The translations under genes were made by a program, and so were the position numbers. The notes below the pieces were generated by a model. It ran no database searches, was not told the DNA's origin, and saw only the letters and a program-made list of their open reading frames with translations. From Myxococcota bacterium (lineage in GTDB: Bacteria; Myxococcota_A; UBA9160; UBA6930), in the NCBI GenBank assembly GCA_965223415.1, contig OZ245002.1, positions 256,001 to 320,000 of the forward strand: 64,000 nt of DNA, read 5' to 3'. Positions 40,706 to 50,915 of this stretch are shown here, one piece after another; within the stretch, counting starts at the first letter, position 1, and each line of letters opens with the position of its first letter.

Positions 40706-41503
40706 TCAGGCGCCGGCACCCTCCGCCTGCGCCGTGTAGCGCGCCAGCAGCTCCGCCACCCCGGCTGGCAGCTCGATCCGGCCCGGGTCGTAACGAGGGC
40801 TCCAGGTGCGCAGGTAGTTCCGCCGCGCCGCCCGCGTCATCGGGGTGCGGGGCACGACGAGCTTCCGGCCCAGCGCCTGCGCCATGCACGACGCGAAGCG
40901 GTGGACGTAGCGCAGGTAGTGCCACTGGGCCCAGGTGCCGAAGACCACGCGATAGAGGTAGCTCCCCACCAGGTGCTCGAAGACGCCGAAGGCCACGGTG
41001 CGGTGCTCGATCTCCTCGGCCATGTGCCAGGACCACAGCTCTCCACCGGGCATCATGCCGCCGGAGAGGCTGCCGTGCTCCGCCATGGCCAGGGCGCCGG
41101 CGCAGGTCATGGCCTCGAAGCCCTCGGCGTAGGCGACGTTCCAGCGCAGGGGCTTCTCCTTCGTGAAGCGCTGGTAGTCGGCCTCGAGGGCGTTCTCGAT
41201 CGCGACGAGGCGTCCGGCCACGTCGGGAGCGAACCGGCCCCGCAGCTGCTCGTTGAAGATCGCGTGGTTGCGGTAGTGATGCCCCTCCTGCTGGGAGAAG
41301 CGCCGCGCGTCCTCCGCCAGCCCCGGATCGCGGATCTCCTTCAGGGCCACCTTCATGGTGCGGATCAGGTAGGGCTCCAGGTAGGGCATCGTCAGGGAGA
41401 GGCCCATGGCGCCCAGGACCACCGCGAGGTCCGCGTCCTCCATCTCGAAGTCGATGGGCGCGTCGAAGGGGAAGCGGATCTTGCGCACCGTGATGTCGGC
41501 CAT
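40706..41503 (-). CDS. Predicted metal-dependent hydrolase
   Basis: EPYLIR, QQEGHH..H, EGFEA.T, WHMAEEIEHR.VAF. Confidence 0.8.
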   Translation of the reverse strand: MADITVRKIRFPFDAPIDFEMEDADLAVVLGAMGLSLTMPYLEPYLIRTMKVALKEIRDPGLAEDARRFSQQEGHHYRNHAIFNEQLRGRFAPDVAGRLVAIENALEADYQRFTKEKPLRWNVAYAEGFEAMTCAGALAMAEHGSLSGGMMPGGELWSWHMAEEIEHRTVAFGVFEHLVGSYLYRVVFGTWAQWHYLRYVHRFASCMAQALGRKLVVPRTPMTRAARRNYLRTWSPRYDPGRIELPAGVAELLARYTAQAEGAGA

Positions 41504-41569
41504 GTCCGGAAGGTAGCGTGGACAGATCCCGGTCCCCGCCCCACAATCCGGACCCACGAGGGGAGGCCC

Positions 41570-43174
41570 ATGGCCGACGAGACCGTCGACGTCCTGATCA
41601 TCGGTGCGGGAGCCGCGGGAGCCGCCGTGGCCTGGAGCCTGGCCGAGACGCGCATGCGCATCGTGTGCCTCGAGCAGGGCGACTGGATGAACCCGGCGGA
41701 CTATCCGACCACGCGCAACGGCTGGGAGATGGAGCGCTTCGGCGCCTTCGGCCTGTCGCCGAACACCCGGGGCCGGCGGGAGGACTACCCGGTCAACGAC
41801 GACGACTCCCCCATCAAGATCTCCAACTTCAACGCGGTCGGCGGCAGCACCATCCTCTACGCTGCCCACTTCCCGCGCCTGCACCCGTCGGACTTCCGGG
41901 TGCGCACCCTGGACGGCGTGGCCGATGACTGGCCGCTCGACTACGCCACCCTCGAGCCCTTCTACGACCTGAACGCCCGCATGATGGGTGTCGCCGGACT
42001 CACCGGCGACCCCGCCTACCCGCCCAAGGAGCCCACGCTTCCGCCGGTCCCCCTCGGCAAGCTCGGCGACACCCTGGGCCGGGGCTTCGAGAAGCTCGGC
42101 TGGCACTGGTGGCCCTCGGACAGTGCGGTCGCCACGGCCGAGCACGCGGGCCGGGCGCCCTGCGTGAACCTGGGCCCCTGCATCATGGGCTGCGCCCAGG
42201 GCGCGAAGGGCAGCACCGACGTCACCTACTGGCCGGTGGCAGTGCGCGAAGGGGTCGAGGTGCGCACCCGCTGCCGGGTGCGCGAGATCAGCGTGGACGA
42301 GAACGGCATGGCCCGGGGCGCGGTCTACGTCGACGCGGACGGCGTGGAGCACGAGCAGCGCGCCGAGATCGTGATCGTCGCCTGCAACGGCGTCGGCACG
42401 CCGCGGCTGCTGCTGAACTCGCGCTCGTCGCAGTTTCCGGACGGCCTCGCCAACCGCAGCGGCCTGGTCGGCAAGAACCTCATGTTTCACCCCTACGCCA
42501 TGGTGACGGGCATCTTCCCCGAGCACCTCGAGGGCTGGAAGGGCCCGACGGGCTGCAGCCTGATCAGCCAGGAGTTCTACGAGACCGATCCGGCCCGCGG
42601 CTTCGTGCGCGGCTACTCCTTCGAGATGCTGCGTGGCATGGGTCCGGTGTCGACGGCGCTCTTCGGCATGTCCGGCGGGCTCGTGCCCTGGGGCGCCGGC
42701 CACCACGAGGCCTTCGACCGGCTCTGGGACAAGACCGCCGGCATGGTCGTGATCTGCGAGGACCTGCCCGAGGAGCACAACACGGTGACCCTCGACCCGG
42801 AGCGCGTCGACAGCGACGGCATTCCGGCGCCGAAGATCACCTACCGGCTCAGCGAGAACAGCCAGCGCATGCTGGATCACGCCGTCGCCCGGGGCACCGA
42901 GGTCCTCGAGGCGGCGGGCGCCTTGGACACGATCTCGGAGGCGCCGCTTCCGCCGGCGGGCTGGCACCTGATGGGCACCGCGCGCATGGGCACCGACCCG
43001 GAGCGCTCGGTGGTGAACCCCTGGGGCCGCAGCCACGACGTGAAGAACCTGTTCATCGTGGACGGCTCGGTGTTCGTCACCTCCGGCGGCGTGAACCCGA
43101 CGAACACGATCCAGGCCCTGGCCCTGTACGTGGCCGACACGATCAAGAAGAACCTGACGAACCTCTTCGACTGA
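41570..43174 (+). CDS. GMC family oxidoreductase
   Basis: GAGAAG, VGGST, GTPRLLLNS, HLMGTARMG, DGSVF.TSG..NPT. Confidence 0.93.
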   Translation: MADETVDVLIIGAGAAGAAVAWSLAETRMRIVCLEQGDWMNPADYPTTRNGWEMERFGAFGLSPNTRGRREDYPVNDDDSPIKISNFNAVGGSTILYAAHFPRLHPSDFRVRTLDGVADDWPLDYATLEPFYDLNARMMGVAGLTGDPAYPPKEPTLPPVPLGKLGDTLGRGFEKLGWHWWPSDSAVATAEHAGRAPCVNLGPCIMGCAQGAKGSTDVTYWPVAVREGVEVRTRCRVREISVDENGMARGAVYVDADGVEHEQRAEIVIVACNGVGTPRLLLNSRSSQFPDGLANRSGLVGKNLMFHPYAMVTGIFPEHLEGWKGPTGCSLISQEFYETDPARGFVRGYSFEMLRGMGPVSTALFGMSGGLVPWGAGHHEAFDRLWDKTAGMVVICEDLPEEHNTVTLDPERVDSDGIPAPKITYRLSENSQRMLDHAVARGTEVLEAAGALDTISEAPLPPAGWHLMGTARMGTDPERSVVNPWGRSHDVKNLFIVDGSVFVTSGGVNPTNTIQALALYVADTIKKNLTNLFD

Positions 43175-43189
43175 CGGGAGCGCCCCATC

Positions 43190-43621
43190 GTGAGCGACGA
43201 GACCCGCATCCTGGCCAGCGTGCTCGACGCGCTGATCCCCGCCTCGCACACGATGCCCTGCGCGAGCGCCCTGGGCCTCGAAGAGACGGTGCGCGAACGC
43301 CTGGGCGAGGAATGGGCGGCCCTCCTTCCCGGGCTCGAGGCCTGCGAGGTGGCGGCGCGGGCGCGGGGCGCCGAGGGCTTCGTCGCCCTCGCGCAGGAAG
43401 ACGCGGCCGCTGCCCTCGAAGAGGTCGCGGCGAACCATCCAGCGTTCCTCGGCGGCCTCGTCTTCCAGGCCTACACGACCTACTACGAGCATCCGCGGGT
43501 CGTGGAAGCCCTCGGCCTCGAAGCCCGGCCGCCCTGGCCGGGCGGCTACCCGCTCGAGACGGGCGATCTCGACCGGCTCGCCCGGGTGCGCGAAGGCCCC
43601 CGCCGCTATCGGGAGTGCTAG
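43190..43621 (+). CDS. Gluconate 2-dehydrogenase subunit 3-like partner protein
   Basis: LDALIP...F..L...YY.HP.V pattern; directly after the GMC gene. Confidence 0.65.
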   Translation: MSDETRILASVLDALIPASHTMPCASALGLEETVRERLGEEWAALLPGLEACEVAARARGAEGFVALAQEDAAAALEEVAANHPAFLGGLVFQAYTTYYEHPRVVEALGLEARPPWPGGYPLETGDLDRLARVREGPRRYREC

Positions 43622-43627
43622 GCAGGA

Positions 43628-44722
43628 TCAGTCGTCCTGGTCGGCCAGGCGGACCGGGAGGCGCCGGGCGCCCCAGTCCCCGGGCTTCGTGTCGAACACA
43701 CCCGAACAGGGCGTGCCGCACCCAGCGCAGGCTCCGGCCTCGTCGAGCGCCCAGCCGGTGATCCTGTAGCCATCCCGGACGATCAGGCTCGCCCGGCAGG
43801 CGTGACAGCGTGTCCTGCCGCCGTCGGGATCGCGGACGTTGCCCGTGTAGACGTAGCGGAGACCGTGGGAGAGGCCGATGTCGCGGGCGCGCCGGAGCGT
43901 GGCCAGCGAAGTCGGGGCGACGTCGCGCATCCGGTAGTCGGGATGAAAGGCGGTCAAGTGCCACGGGACGTCCGGGCCGAGGTGCTCGGCGATCCACGCG
44001 GCCGCGTCGTCGATCTCCGCGTCGCCGTCGTTCTGGCCGGGGATCAGGAGGGTCGTGAGCTCGAGCCACACGTCCGTCTCCTGGCACAGGTAGACGAGCG
44101 TGTCGAGCACCGGCGCCAGGCTGGCCCCGCAGACCGTGCGGTAGAAGTCGTCCCGGAACGCCTTCAGGTCCACGTTGGCCGCGTCGACATGGGCGAAGAA
44201 GTCGGCCCGGGCCTCCGGATCGACCCAGCCGGCCGTCACGGCGACCGTGCGCACGCCCCGCTCGTGGCAGGCGATGGCCGTGTCGACGGCATACTCGAGG
44301 AAGATCACCGGATCGTTGTAGGTGAAGGCGACGCTGCGGGCGCCCGTCCGGACCGCCGCCTCGGCGATGCGCTCCGGCGGCGCCGCGTCGGCCAGGGTAT
44401 CGAGCTCGCGGCTCTTACTGATGTCCCAGTTCTGGCAGAAGCGGCAGGTGAGGTTGCAGCCGGCGGTACCGAAGGAGAGCACGGGCGTGCCGGGCAGGAA
44501 ATGGTTCAGCGGCTTCTTCTCGATCGGATCGACGCAGTAGCCGCTCGAGCGGCCCCAGGTCGTGAGCACCAGCTCGTCGCCCTCGCGGGCGCGCACGAAG
44601 CACAGGCCGCGCTGGCCCGGAGCGAGACGGCAGTGCCGCGGGCAGACGTCGCACTGGATCCGGCCGTCCACAAGGCCGTGCCAGTGTCGGGCCCGGACGG
44701 AGGTCGGAACTTCCGAGCTCAT
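43628..44722 (-). CDS. amrS: AmmeMemoRadiSam system radical SAM enzyme
   Basis: CDVCPRHC..G.CFVR, DPIEKKPL.HF.PG, GCNLTCRFCQNWDIS, AFTYNDP, FHPDY, YVYTGN. Confidence 0.92.
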   Translation of the reverse strand: MSSEVPTSVRARHWHGLVDGRIQCDVCPRHCRLAPGQRGLCFVRAREGDELVLTTWGRSSGYCVDPIEKKPLNHFLPGTPVLSFGTAGCNLTCRFCQNWDISKSRELDTLADAAPPERIAEAAVRTGARSVAFTYNDPVIFLEYAVDTAIACHERGVRTVAVTAGWVDPEARADFFAHVDAANVDLKAFRDDFYRTVCGASLAPVLDTLVYLCQETDVWLELTTLLIPGQNDGDAEIDDAAAWIAEHLGPDVPWHLTAFHPDYRMRDVAPTSLATLRRARDIGLSHGLRYVYTGNVRDPDGGRTRCHACRASLIVRDGYRITGWALDEAGACAGCGTPCSGVFDTKPGDWGARRLPVRLADQDD

Positions 44723-44797
44723 GCACTCAATCTGGGCTTCGCCGGGCGGGCGTCAAGGGCGCTTGACGGCAGCGCCCGCGGGGCGACCCTGTCGGGA

Positions 44798-46171
44798 ATG
44801 GACGTTCGCGAGCCGGCCGTGGCCGGGACCTTCTACCCCGCTGCACAGAACGTCTTGGAAAGCCTGGTGCGCGAGCTGCTGGCCGCGGCTCCCCGGTACG
44901 GCGCCCCGCCGCCCAAGGCGCTGATCGCGCCCCACGCCGGATACGCTTACTCGGGGCCCGTGGCCGCCAGCGTCTACGCCACCCTCGAGTCCCCTAGCGA
45001 GCCGATTCGTCGGGTCGTCCTGCTGGGGCCGGCCCATCGCGTCCCGGTGCGCGGGCTGGCGGCGCCGTCGGTCGACGCCCTGCGCACGCCGCTCGGCCAG
45101 GTCCCCGTCGACCGGACCGCCCTCGCCCGGCTGGCCGACCTGCCCCAGGTGGTCGTCGACGATGCCGCCCACGCCCAGGAGCACAGCCTCGAGGTGCAGC
45201 TCCCCTTCCTGCAGTGCGTCCTCGGCAGCTTCTCCGTGGTTCCGCTGGTCGTCGGCCACGCGAGCGACGAGGAGGTAGCCCAGGTGATCGAGCGGCTGTG
45301 GGGCGGGCCCGAGACCCTGGTGGTGGTGAGCTCGGACCTCTCGCACTACCTGCCCTACGACCGGGCCCGGCGCATGGATGCGGCGACCTGCCGGGCCATC
45401 GAGTCCCTGCGCCCGGAGGCGCTCGACTCCGAGAGCACGTGCGGCCGGGTGCCGGTGCGGGGCCTGCTGCAGGCGGCGCGCCGGCACGGGCTCCTGCCGC
45501 GCACCCTCGACCTTCGCAGCTCTGGAGACACGGCCGGGGCCCGCGACGAGGTGGTCGGCTACGGAGCCTGGAGCTTCGGCCCTCCCGAGGCGCGAGAGCG
45601 GGCCTCGGAGCCCTCCCCGACCCCGGAAGAAGACGCGCTGCTGCTCGACCTGGCGCGGCGATCCGTGGCCCGGGCCGCGCGGGGAGAGGGTCCACCTCCG
45701 GTTCCGCTGGAGGAGCTCCCCCGCGCCCTCGCCCTGCCCGGCGCCTGCTTCGTCACCCTTCGCCGGCCCGACGGCCGCCTGCGCGGCTGCGTCGGCAACC
45801 TCGACCCGGAGCACCCGCTGGCCGTTTGCGTCGCCCGCAACGCGGAGCGGGCGGCCCTTCACGACCCCCGCTTCCCCGCCCTGCGCGAGGCGGAGCTTCC
45901 CGGGCTCGCCGTGCACCTCTCGGTGCTCGGCCCGCGCGAGCCGATCCCGGCCCGCTCCCTGGAGGAGCTGTGCGCCGCTCTGCAGCCCGCCGTCGACGGG
46001 CTCGTCCTCCAGGACGGCGGACGCCAGGCGACCTTTCTCCCGGACGTGTGGAGGGAGCTGCCGGAGCCTGCCCGCTTCGTCGGCGCCCTCTGGAAGAAGG
46101 CGGGCCTGCGGGAGGACCATTGGTCCCCGAACGTGCGGGCCTGGCGCTACGGAAGCCGATCGATCGATTGA
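44798..46171 (+). CDS. amrB: Fused AmmeMemoRadiSam proteins B (MEMO-like) and A (AMMECR1)
   Basis: REPAVAGTFYP, PHAGY.YSG, EHSLEVQLPFL, SSDLSHY, VVGY; then CFVTL...LRGC.G, DPRF, ATFLP.VW. Confidence 0.92.
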   Translation: MDVREPAVAGTFYPAAQNVLESLVRELLAAAPRYGAPPPKALIAPHAGYAYSGPVAASVYATLESPSEPIRRVVLLGPAHRVPVRGLAAPSVDALRTPLGQVPVDRTALARLADLPQVVVDDAAHAQEHSLEVQLPFLQCVLGSFSVVPLVVGHASDEEVAQVIERLWGGPETLVVVSSDLSHYLPYDRARRMDAATCRAIESLRPEALDSESTCGRVPVRGLLQAARRHGLLPRTLDLRSSGDTAGARDEVVGYGAWSFGPPEARERASEPSPTPEEDALLLDLARRSVARAARGEGPPPVPLEELPRALALPGACFVTLRRPDGRLRGCVGNLDPEHPLAVCVARNAERAALHDPRFPALREAELPGLAVHLSVLGPREPIPARSLEELCAALQPAVDGLVLQDGGRQATFLPDVWRELPEPARFVGALWKKAGLREDHWSPNVRAWRYGSRSID

Positions 46172-46174
46172 GCG

Positions 46175-47980
46175 CTACTCGAGGTTTCCGACCTTCTGGG
46201 ATCCCGGCCCGGACCCGTCCACCACATAGGCCGGCGGCACGATGTTGCCCATCACGACCGAGTCCGGCCCTCCGCAGCGCACATCGCCGTCCGCCCGGTT
46301 GTTCGTGCAGATCGACGAGCTGCCATCGGCTCGCAGCGTGTTGTCGGCGTCGTTGTCGGTCAGCTGCACGAGGTGGTTTCCGTTCGCCGCGCTCAGACGG
46401 ATGCCCTCGCTGCTGCACTGGCGAACCCGGTTACCCTGAACCCGCACGCCGTCGGTGCCGATCGCCAGGATGCAGGAGCCGCCGGAACCCTCTATCCGGT
46501 TGTCGACGACCTGGCTGCCATCGGCCGCGGTCCCGTTGAGCTCGATGCCGGCGTTGCCGGCCCCCACCACGCGGTTGCCTTGAATCAGGCCCTGCCCGAG
46601 GATGCCGCGGCCGCCGGCGCCGCGAATCGTGTTCCCGCGAATCGTCACGTCTCCGTCGGTCAGCCCCGAGGCCTCGATGCCATTGGACGACTGAGCCACC
46701 ACGTCGATGACGTTATCCAGGATCGCCACGGGCCCCCGTCGGAAGAAATCCCGCTTGACGGAGATCACCGACTTGTTGAACCCCCCCATCTCGACGCAGC
46801 GATTGCCGACAATGGACAGACCCTCGGCGGACGGCGCCAGGATGCACTCCGAACGACCCCCGCGGATCAAGTTGCGAGCGATCATGGCGTCCTGACTTCC
46901 CCGCACCTCGATGCCCGCGAACGACCGCGTCGAGATCTGGTTGTCGGCGACGGTCAAGTCGTCCGAATAGGCGACGAACACGGGACCCCGCAGCCGATTG
47001 GCGAGCACCCTCACGCCCGTCTTGGACTCGAGACCATTGATCAAAATCGCGTACTTCGCCGAAACCAGTGGCGTCTCGATCCAGTTGTCCCGAATCAGCA
47101 GGTCGTCGGCTGCGCTCACCGTGGCCTGCACGTTGATGCCCCCGGCCCGCCAGCCCCGTGCCACCACGCGCTCGATCACCACATTCTGGATGGGAATCGT
47201 GTCGTGAAAGGACTCGAGCTGCACGCACCAGGAGTAGGGAGCGGTGGTCCCGCCCGACGAGTCCTCGCAGTGGATGTCGACGATGTGCACGTCCGTAGAC
47301 GCCTGAACGTTCACGCAGCTGCCGTGGTTGATGCCTCCCGATATGAAGCCCGCGCCACGGCAGGTAATGCGCTCGACCCCGATATCAGCCGACTCCTTGA
47401 TGTCGAGGGCCTCGTCTCCGATGCGCTCGAACACGAGGTCGAAGAAGCGGCAGTTCCTGCACTTCGCCACGATGCCGTGCGTCTCCTCGTTGCCGGCGTG
47501 GGCCGCCCCATCGGGGTCCAGTAGGCGCATCCCCGATACCCAGATGTTGGTCGGGTGGGCGAGGCTCGTGTTGCACTGGAAGAAGCCCGTGTCTGGACAG
47601 ATCGAGATCAGCGCAACGCCATTCGTGGTGGTAGCGTGCGGCTCGATCGTGACGCAGTTCGTGCTCGCTCCCTGGATCCAGATGTTGTCCTGTCCACTCT
47701 GGACCCGAAACGCACCCCGGTAGAAGCTCGGCGAGGCGGTGTAGGTGCCGCAGGGCAGATGGACGATGCCGCCGTCCGGCGTGGCCGAGGCCGCGGCCAG
47801 GGCCGCGTTGAAGGCGAGGTGATCCGAGTTGCCGTCGTCCGGGATGGCCCCGTAGTCGGTCACGTCGAAGACGGCGCCACCGGGGGCGGCGCCGGCCGGA
47901 CCGGCCGCATGGACCGCGAGCAGTGCGAGCAGCAGGCCTGCGAGCAGGGGGATGTGGGGTCGACGAACGGGCAGCCGCAT
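46175..47980 (-). CDS. Secreted right-handed parallel beta-helix (pectin lyase-like) protein
   Basis: Signal peptide, VFDVTDYGAIPDD...AF.AAL N-terminal motif, many I..N.I repeats. Confidence 0.8.
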   Translation of the reverse strand: MRLPVRRPHIPLLAGLLLALLAVHAAGPAGAAPGGAVFDVTDYGAIPDDGNSDHLAFNAALAAASATPDGGIVHLPCGTYTASPSFYRGAFRVQSGQDNIWIQGASTNCVTIEPHATTTNGVALISICPDTGFFQCNTSLAHPTNIWVSGMRLLDPDGAAHAGNEETHGIVAKCRNCRFFDLVFERIGDEALDIKESADIGVERITCRGAGFISGGINHGSCVNVQASTDVHIVDIHCEDSSGGTTAPYSWCVQLESFHDTIPIQNVVIERVVARGWRAGGINVQATVSAADDLLIRDNWIETPLVSAKYAILINGLESKTGVRVLANRLRGPVFVAYSDDLTVADNQISTRSFAGIEVRGSQDAMIARNLIRGGRSECILAPSAEGLSIVGNRCVEMGGFNKSVISVKRDFFRRGPVAILDNVIDVVAQSSNGIEASGLTDGDVTIRGNTIRGAGGRGILGQGLIQGNRVVGAGNAGIELNGTAADGSQVVDNRIEGSGGSCILAIGTDGVRVQGNRVRQCSSEGIRLSAANGNHLVQLTDNDADNTLRADGSSSICTNNRADGDVRCGGPDSVVMGNIVPPAYVVDGSGPGSQKVGNLE

Positions 47981-48164
47981 GGACTCCTCCCGCCCCCCCA
48001 GGGAAGAGGGGATCATCCCACACCCTCCTGGGCTCTACAAGCCAGGTGCCGGGGACCTCCTCAATGCGCGGATCGGATGCAGGTCCACCGCGCACGTCGG
48101 GCCCCTCCGCCCATCGATCGCCACGGGGTACCCTCGCCGACCCACTTCCCGAGGAGGCCTCCCG

Positions 48165-48989
48165 ATGGCGCGACTGGACGGCAGACTGGCTCTCATCACC
48201 GGCGCAGCCCGCGGGCTCGGCCTCGCCATGGGTCGGCGCTTCCGCGAAGAGGGGGCAGAGGTGATCGTCAACGACCTGGATCCGGAGGCGGCAGAGAAGG
48301 CGGCCGCGGAGCTCGGCGGGAGCGCCCTCGCGGCCGACGTCTCGGATTCGGCGGCGGTGGCGACGATGTTCGGCGAGGTGGCGGATCGCCACGGACGCCT
48401 GGACGTGCTGGTGAACAACGCTGGGATCAGCGGCGTCGAGCACGACCCGGAACGCGCCGCCGACTTCCGCCAGTGCATGCTCGCCCAGGCCACCGAGGCG
48501 GCCAGCGGCGGACCGGTCACCACTCACATCGACTCGACCGTGGAGCTTCCCGACGACGAGTGGCATCGCATGCTGGCGGTCCACCTGGACGGGACGTTCT
48601 ACTGCAGCCGCGAAGCGCTGAAGATCATGAACCCGCAGCTCTCGGGCTGCATCCTGAACCTGGGTTCGGTCATGGGCACGGCCGGCGGCGCCGGGGCGGC
48701 CGCCTACTGTGCGGCCAAGGCGGGCATCCTGGGCTTCACCCGCTCTCTCGCCCGCGAGGTGGTGAGCCGCAACATCCGCGTCAACGCCATCGCGCCGGGC
48801 TGGATCGACACGGACATGACCTCCTTCCTCGGCGAGACGAAGCCGCTGATCGCCGCCCAGACGCCGATGGGTCGGCTCGGCGACGTGGACGATATCGCCT
48901 GGGCCGCGGTCTACCTGGCGAGCGACGAGGCCAAGTTCGTGACGGGACAGGTGCTCAGTCCGAACGGCGGTTGGCACATGAGCCAATAG
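48165..48989 (+). CDS. SDR family oxidoreductase (FabG-like)
   Basis: TGAARGLG, NNAG, YCAAK, VNAIAPG. Confidence 0.9.
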   Translation: MARLDGRLALITGAARGLGLAMGRRFREEGAEVIVNDLDPEAAEKAAAELGGSALAADVSDSAAVATMFGEVADRHGRLDVLVNNAGISGVEHDPERAADFRQCMLAQATEAASGGPVTTHIDSTVELPDDEWHRMLAVHLDGTFYCSREALKIMNPQLSGCILNLGSVMGTAGGAGAAAYCAAKAGILGFTRSLAREVVSRNIRVNAIAPGWIDTDMTSFLGETKPLIAAQTPMGRLGDVDDIAWAAVYLASDEAKFVTGQVLSPNGGWHMSQ

Positions 48990-48992
48990 GCG

Positions 48993-50825
48993 TCAGCCGC
49001 CCGGCTCCGTCAGGCGGCGGAGCCAGACCGGCACGGCGGCCAGGCCGGCGGCGAACAGACCGCCGATCCAGAGGAAGGCCGGCAGCCCGAGGGGCGGCGG
49101 GGCGCCGATCAGCCAGCTCGCGCTGGCGACGAGCAGCGCGAAGAGGGTGAGGGTGGCCGCGGCCGTCGCGACGAGGCCGTGGCGAAGCCGATGGCGCGCC
49201 TCGGCGGTGCCCCAGAAGCCGGGCGGCCGCACGCTGGCGTAGAACGCGTCGAGCCGCTCGGCGGGCTCCGGCGGCGTGAGGAGCGAGCCCAGCACCGAGG
49301 CCGTCGCGCCCACCCCCGCCATCACGAGCAGGCGCAGGGCCTCGTTGGGCAGGGTCGCCAGCAGGATCGGCGCGGCCAGGCCCGAGGCTGCGATGGCGGA
49401 GAGCTCTCCCCAGGCGTTCGAACGCCGCCACAGCCAACGCAGCCAGAGCGGCACGCCGAGGCCGGCCCCCAGCAGGAGCGTCGCGTGCCACGCGGCCTGG
49501 ATGGAGCCGAGCCGCACCATCACCACCAGGGAGATCGCCATCACCAGCGGCCCCGCCAGACGTGCGACGAGCACGAGCTCCCGCGGCGAAGGCTCGCGCC
49601 GGCGCAGGCCCCGGCACCAGGCGCGGCCGTAGAGATCGTTCGCGACGTAGGACGCGCCCCAGTTCAGGTGGGTATCGAGGGTCGAGGCCAGGGCGGCGAG
49701 CATCCCCGCGAGCATCAGGCCGCGCACGCCCGGGGGCAGCAGCTCGTCGATGCCGCGCACGAAGGTGAGCTCGCGAGCGGCCGCCGTGGGGGCCTCGCCG
49801 AGCGGGTAGATGACCAGGAGCGCGACCAGGATCGGCAGCCACAGGAGGGTGCGGCCGACGATCTGGGCGAAGGCGAAGATCACCGGCGCGGCCCGGGCCT
49901 CGGCGGGGGAGCGACAAGCCATGCAGCGCTGGGCCAGGTAGCCGGTGCCGTCGCTGTTCATCTGCACCAGCCACTGCAGGCCGAGGACGCCGAGCAGCAC
50001 GCCGCTCACCTCGGCGGCGCCCCAGGGATCGAGGGCGAGCAGCGCGTCGGCCCGCGCCGGCCCGACGGCATCGGCAAGGCGCGCCGCGAGCTCGCCGAGG
50101 CCGCCGGCGGCGTCCTGGGCCACCCAGGCGTAGGCGAAGGTCGCGGTGCCGAGGAGCGCCAGCTGGCCCAGGTCCGTGCGCACCACGCCGCGCAGGCCGC
50201 CGGTGGCGGAGTACAGCACGGTGAAGGCGTAGATGGCGACGACCGAGAGCAGGTTCGCGGCGCTGCGCACCCAGACGTCCGGCGCCGACGGATCGGCGGC
50301 CAGCGGGACGCCGATGGACCGGGTCAGTCCGACCAGGGCCGCGAAGAGGGGCTCGGGAAGCCAGAGGTCCCAGCGCAGGAAGGGCTCGGCCACGCGAACG
50401 GTGGCCACCAGGACCATCGCGAGCACCGCGCAGTTGAACAGCCCGCCGTAGTAGATCGCCTTCACGCCGCGCAGCCAGGCGGCGGCGCGGCCCGCGTAGC
50501 GCATCTCGCAGAGCTCGGCGTCGGTCACCACGGAGGCGCGCCACCAGCACGCACCGAGCAGGAAGCCCAGGGCGAGGAAGGCGATGCCGTAGGTCCAGAG
50601 CCTCCACAGGCCGAACACCCCGCCGGTCGCGACCAGGCCGGCGGCGAGGAGCGGTGTGTCCGCTGCGTACTGGGTCGCCGTCATCGAGAGGCCGGCCTCC
50701 CAGCGCGAGAGCCGACGCCCGGCGAGGAAGTACTCGCCGAGCCCGCGCCCGGCCTGCCGCCGGCTGCGCAGCCCGACGAACAGCGCATACACCAGGAAGG
50801 CCGCGATCCAGACGAGGTCCAGCAT
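48993..50825 (-). CDS. Sodium:solute symporter family protein
   Basis: EYFLAGR, SMTATQYAADTPL, GGLRGVV.TD, YLAQR, AA.ASTLDT.LNWG; many TM helices. Confidence 0.9.
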   Translation of the reverse strand: MLDLVWIAAFLVYALFVGLRSRRQAGRGLGEYFLAGRRLSRWEAGLSMTATQYAADTPLLAAGLVATGGVFGLWRLWTYGIAFLALGFLLGACWWRASVVTDAELCEMRYAGRAAAWLRGVKAIYYGGLFNCAVLAMVLVATVRVAEPFLRWDLWLPEPLFAALVGLTRSIGVPLAADPSAPDVWVRSAANLLSVVAIYAFTVLYSATGGLRGVVRTDLGQLALLGTATFAYAWVAQDAAGGLGELAARLADAVGPARADALLALDPWGAAEVSGVLLGVLGLQWLVQMNSDGTGYLAQRCMACRSPAEARAAPVIFAFAQIVGRTLLWLPILVALLVIYPLGEAPTAAARELTFVRGIDELLPPGVRGLMLAGMLAALASTLDTHLNWGASYVANDLYGRAWCRGLRRREPSPRELVLVARLAGPLVMAISLVVMVRLGSIQAAWHATLLLGAGLGVPLWLRWLWRRSNAWGELSAIAASGLAAPILLATLPNEALRLLVMAGVGATASVLGSLLTPPEPAERLDAFYASVRPPGFWGTAEARHRLRHGLVATAAATLTLFALLVASASWLIGAPPPLGLPAFLWIGGLFAAGLAAVPVWLRRLTEPGG

Positions 50826-50842
50826 GCCCTCCCACTCTAGCG

Positions 50843-50915
50843 GTGAGACAAAGGGACGTTCTTTTCTGTCTCACGGCAGCGCCGTGAGACAGAAAAGAAC
50901 GTCCCTTTGTCTCAC
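50843..50915. repeat. Perfect 35-bp-arm palindrome, family D
   Basis: GTGAGACAAAGGGACGTTCTTTTCTGTCTCACGGC-AGC-rc; each arm itself has GTGAGACA/TGTCTCAC ends. Confidence 0.9.

Noticed and set aside
41504..41520. GTCCGGAAGGTAGC resembling the SRP RNA loop
   Set aside because: No surrounding SRP stem; it is the -10/start region of the minus-strand hydrolase gene.
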